The translations under genes were made by a program, and so were the position numbers. Positions 59,902 through 64,000 of a stretch of 64,000 bases of DNA are shown piece by piece. Where the stretch lies: positions 46,140-110,139 of the forward strand of contig CAYUEN010000002.1 of assembly GCA_964443745.1 (NCBI GenBank), written 5' to 3'. The notes below the pieces were generated by a model. It made no database searches, was not told the DNA's origin, and saw only the letters and a program-made list of their open reading frames with translations. Within the stretch, counting starts at the first letter, position 1; each line of letters opens with the position of its first letter. The stretch is from an uncultured Campylobacterales bacterium (GTDB taxonomy: Bacteria > Campylobacterota > Campylobacteria > Campylobacterales > QNZT01).

Positions 59902-60650
59902 ATGAAACGGCCGCGTATAGCTCTTTTCGTCCCTTGCTATGTGAACCATTTCTATCCGGATGCCGCTATGGCGACGCTGCGTCTGCTGGAAAATCTGGGA
60001 TACGAGGTCGTCTATCCCAGAGCGCAGAGTTGTTGCGGCCAGCCTTTCGCGAACAGCGGGATGGAGGAGGAGACGCGGGCGTTCGCACAGAGATTCGTCG
60101 ATCTTTTTTCACGATACGACACGATCGTCGCCCCGGGAGCGAGTTGTGTGGCGATGGTCAAGCACCACTACCCCGAATATCTTCCGGATTCACCCCAATT
60201 GCGCCATATTCGCGAAAACATCTACGAAATATGCGAGTTTTTGCACGATGTCGTCCGCCTCGAGAAGCTCGATGTCTCTTTTCCCCACAAAGTGGGGCTT
60301 CATCAGAGTTGTCACGGTCTAAGAGAGCTGGGATTGGGAACCTCCAGCGAAAAGGCGCTTTCTTTCTCGTCCAAAGCCAGAAAGCTGTTGGAGATGGTGC
60401 GCGATATAGAGATCGTGGAGTTGCGACGGCCGGACGAATGTTGCGGGTTCGGCGGGACTTTTTCGATCAACGAACCCGAGATTTCGATCCGGATGGGAAG
60501 GGATAGAATCGCCGATCATGAACGGGCGGGCGCGGAGTATATCGTCGGATACGACCTCTCTTGTCTGATGCATATGGAGGGGATCATCAAAGCGCAGAAA
60601 CGGCCGCTGAAAGTAATCCATATCGCCCAGATTCTCGCGGGAGATTGCAA

Positions 60651-60654
<4 letters not shown>
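59902..60654 (+). CDS. lutA: lactate utilization protein A (CCG-domain Fe-S oxidoreductase)
   Basis: Two CCG motifs (SCCGQP, ECCGFGG). LutA-like N-terminus RIALFVPCYVN. Confidence 0.85.
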
Positions 60655-61965
<1,311 letters not shown>

Positions 61966-61994
<29 letters not shown>

Positions 61995-62550
61995 AAAGAG
62001 GATTTTCGAACGGCTCGGAAAAATCGAGACGCCTAAACCGCTGGAGCCCGCGGCGATCGATACGATTCGTTTTGACGATCCGCTCTCACGATTTTTGCAG
62101 GCGCTCAAGAAGGCGGGCGGAAGAGGATTCGTGATCGAAGAGGGGGAGATAGAGGAAAAAATCGCGGAACTCTTCGGCTCCGCCACGATCGCTTCGATCC
62201 ATCCCTACGGATGCAGAAGTCATGATCCCAACCGAATGGAAGATCCGCGTGCGCTGCAGGATATCGATGCGGCGATCGTACATGGGGAGTTCGGGGTGGC
62301 CGAAAACGGCGCGGTCTGGATAGCCGAAGCGCAAAACAGACATCGCGCCCTCTATACGATCGTCCCCCGTCTGGCGATCGTCGTAAAACGCGAAGCGATC
62401 GTCGATACGATGGCGGAAGCGTACAGGCGGATAGAGGCACCTTTGCGTTACGGCCTCTTTCTCAGCGGTCCTTCCAAAACGGCCGATATCGAGCAATCCC
62501 TCGTCATCGGCGCGCATGGTGCGATCGGCGTGGACGTACTGCTTGTCTGA
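61966..62550 (+). CDS. lutC: lactate utilization protein C
   Basis: LUD/YkgG-like. AENGAVW and GPSKTADIE motifs. Overlaps the lutB end. Confidence 0.8.
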
Positions 62551-62598
62551 AGCCGGCCGCTTTAGCAAAATTTGGTTAAAATGGCGCAATCACACTAA

Positions 62599-63429
<831 letters not shown>

Positions 63430-63439
63430 AGGGCCGAAG

Positions 63440-64000
63440 ATGATGCTGCTGGCACGCAAACTCCTCTATATCGTTTTGATGCTGCTCATCATCTCCGCCA
63501 TCTCGTTCGGGGCGATTCATCTGGCCCCCAACTCCTTTTTCGCTTCCGGCGAGCTCAATCCGAACATCACCAAGGAGTCGATCGAACATCTGCGACAGAT
63601 CTACGGGTTGGACAAGCCGCTTTGGGTGCAGTATCTTTCATGGATGAAAGCGTTGCTGCATCTGGATTTCGGAATTTCGTTCGCGAGCGGAAAAGCGGTC
63701 AGGGAAGAGATTCTCGATCGCATCGGTATCACGCTGATCATCAACCTCACGAGCATGTTTTTCGTCTTCGTTCTGGGGGTGTGGTGGGGAATCAAGGCGG
63801 CGATGCGTCAGCATACCCTCTTCGATCGTTCCATGAAGCAGTTCGCGCTGCTGAGTTACGCGCTTCCTTCCTTCTATCTGGCACTGCTTTTGATTATTCT
63901 CTTTTCGGTGAAGTTGGGATGGTTTCCGATTTCGGGACTGGAATCGATCGAACCCAAAGAGGGTATCGCGAAATTTTTCGATCGGCTCTGGCATCTGGTA
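63440..64000 (+). CDS. ABC transporter permease, Opp/Dpp-type (N-terminal 187 aa; 3' end outside the window)
   Basis: Not in the ORF track because no stop is reached. ATG at 63440 is in frame to the window end. The translation (ARKLLYIVLMLLIISAISFGAIHLAP...LDKPLWVQYLSWM...LDFGISF) is typical of DppB/OppB-like permeases. Confidence 0.8.
   Translation, partial: MMLLARKLLYIVLMLLIISAISFGAIHLAPNSFFASGELNPNITKESIEHLRQIYGLDKPLWVQYLSWMKALLHLDFGISFASGKAVREEILDRIGITLIINLTSMFFVFVLGVWWGIKAAMRQHTLFDRSMKQFALLSYALPSFYLALLLIILFSVKLGWFPISGLESIEPKEGIAKFFDRLWHLV

Overview
This is a gene-dense 64-kb chromosomal segment. By gene content and synteny it looks like a Campylobacterota (epsilonproteobacterial) genome with fairly high G+C. 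Supporting features are a bc1 complex with a diheme cytochrome c, the nucT / poly-E 'ChePep' / gmk arrangement known from Helicobacter pylori, a TlpD-like soluble chemoreceptor and a lutABC cluster. About 85% of the window is conserved housekeeping:
- purF, hemN, argF, hemB, ribA, rsmG, htpX, recQ, tRNA-Phe, murD-mraY, gpmI
- fabG-acpP-fabF-accA, petABC, mnmG, ribE, rpsB-tsf, fliR, gmk, tatA, argS
- feoBA, nth-rsfS-nadD, gap-pgk-tpiA, lutABC, fabI

Genes are packed tightly, often with ATGA or TGATG overlaps. I saw no CRISPR array, transposase, integrase, phage gene or rRNA.

The accessory content is as follows:
1. A translationally coupled pair, a 159-aa membrane-anchored protein plus a 2495-aa secreted protein (16336-24302). 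The large protein has a signal peptide, a PPC-like domain, nine ~127-aa DUF11-type repeats each with a Cys pair, and a ~1190-aa unassigned C-terminal region. By hand count it is strongly enriched for the PglB-type N-glycosylation sequon D/E-X-N-X-S/T. This is my best candidate for something new.
2. A four-gene overlapping operon, CheY-like / CheC-like / soluble PAS histidine kinase / REC-PAS-GGDEF (1770-5267).
3. A degenerate-GGDEF/EAL membrane protein coupled to an orphan AMMECR1 gene.
4. A feoB-feoA-porin unit behind two copies of a TGAAA-N5-TTTCA palindrome.
5. A ribosomal protein S2 with a ~110-aa acidic plus helix-hairpin-helix-like tail.

All family assignments come from motif reading by eye. 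No database search was possible.
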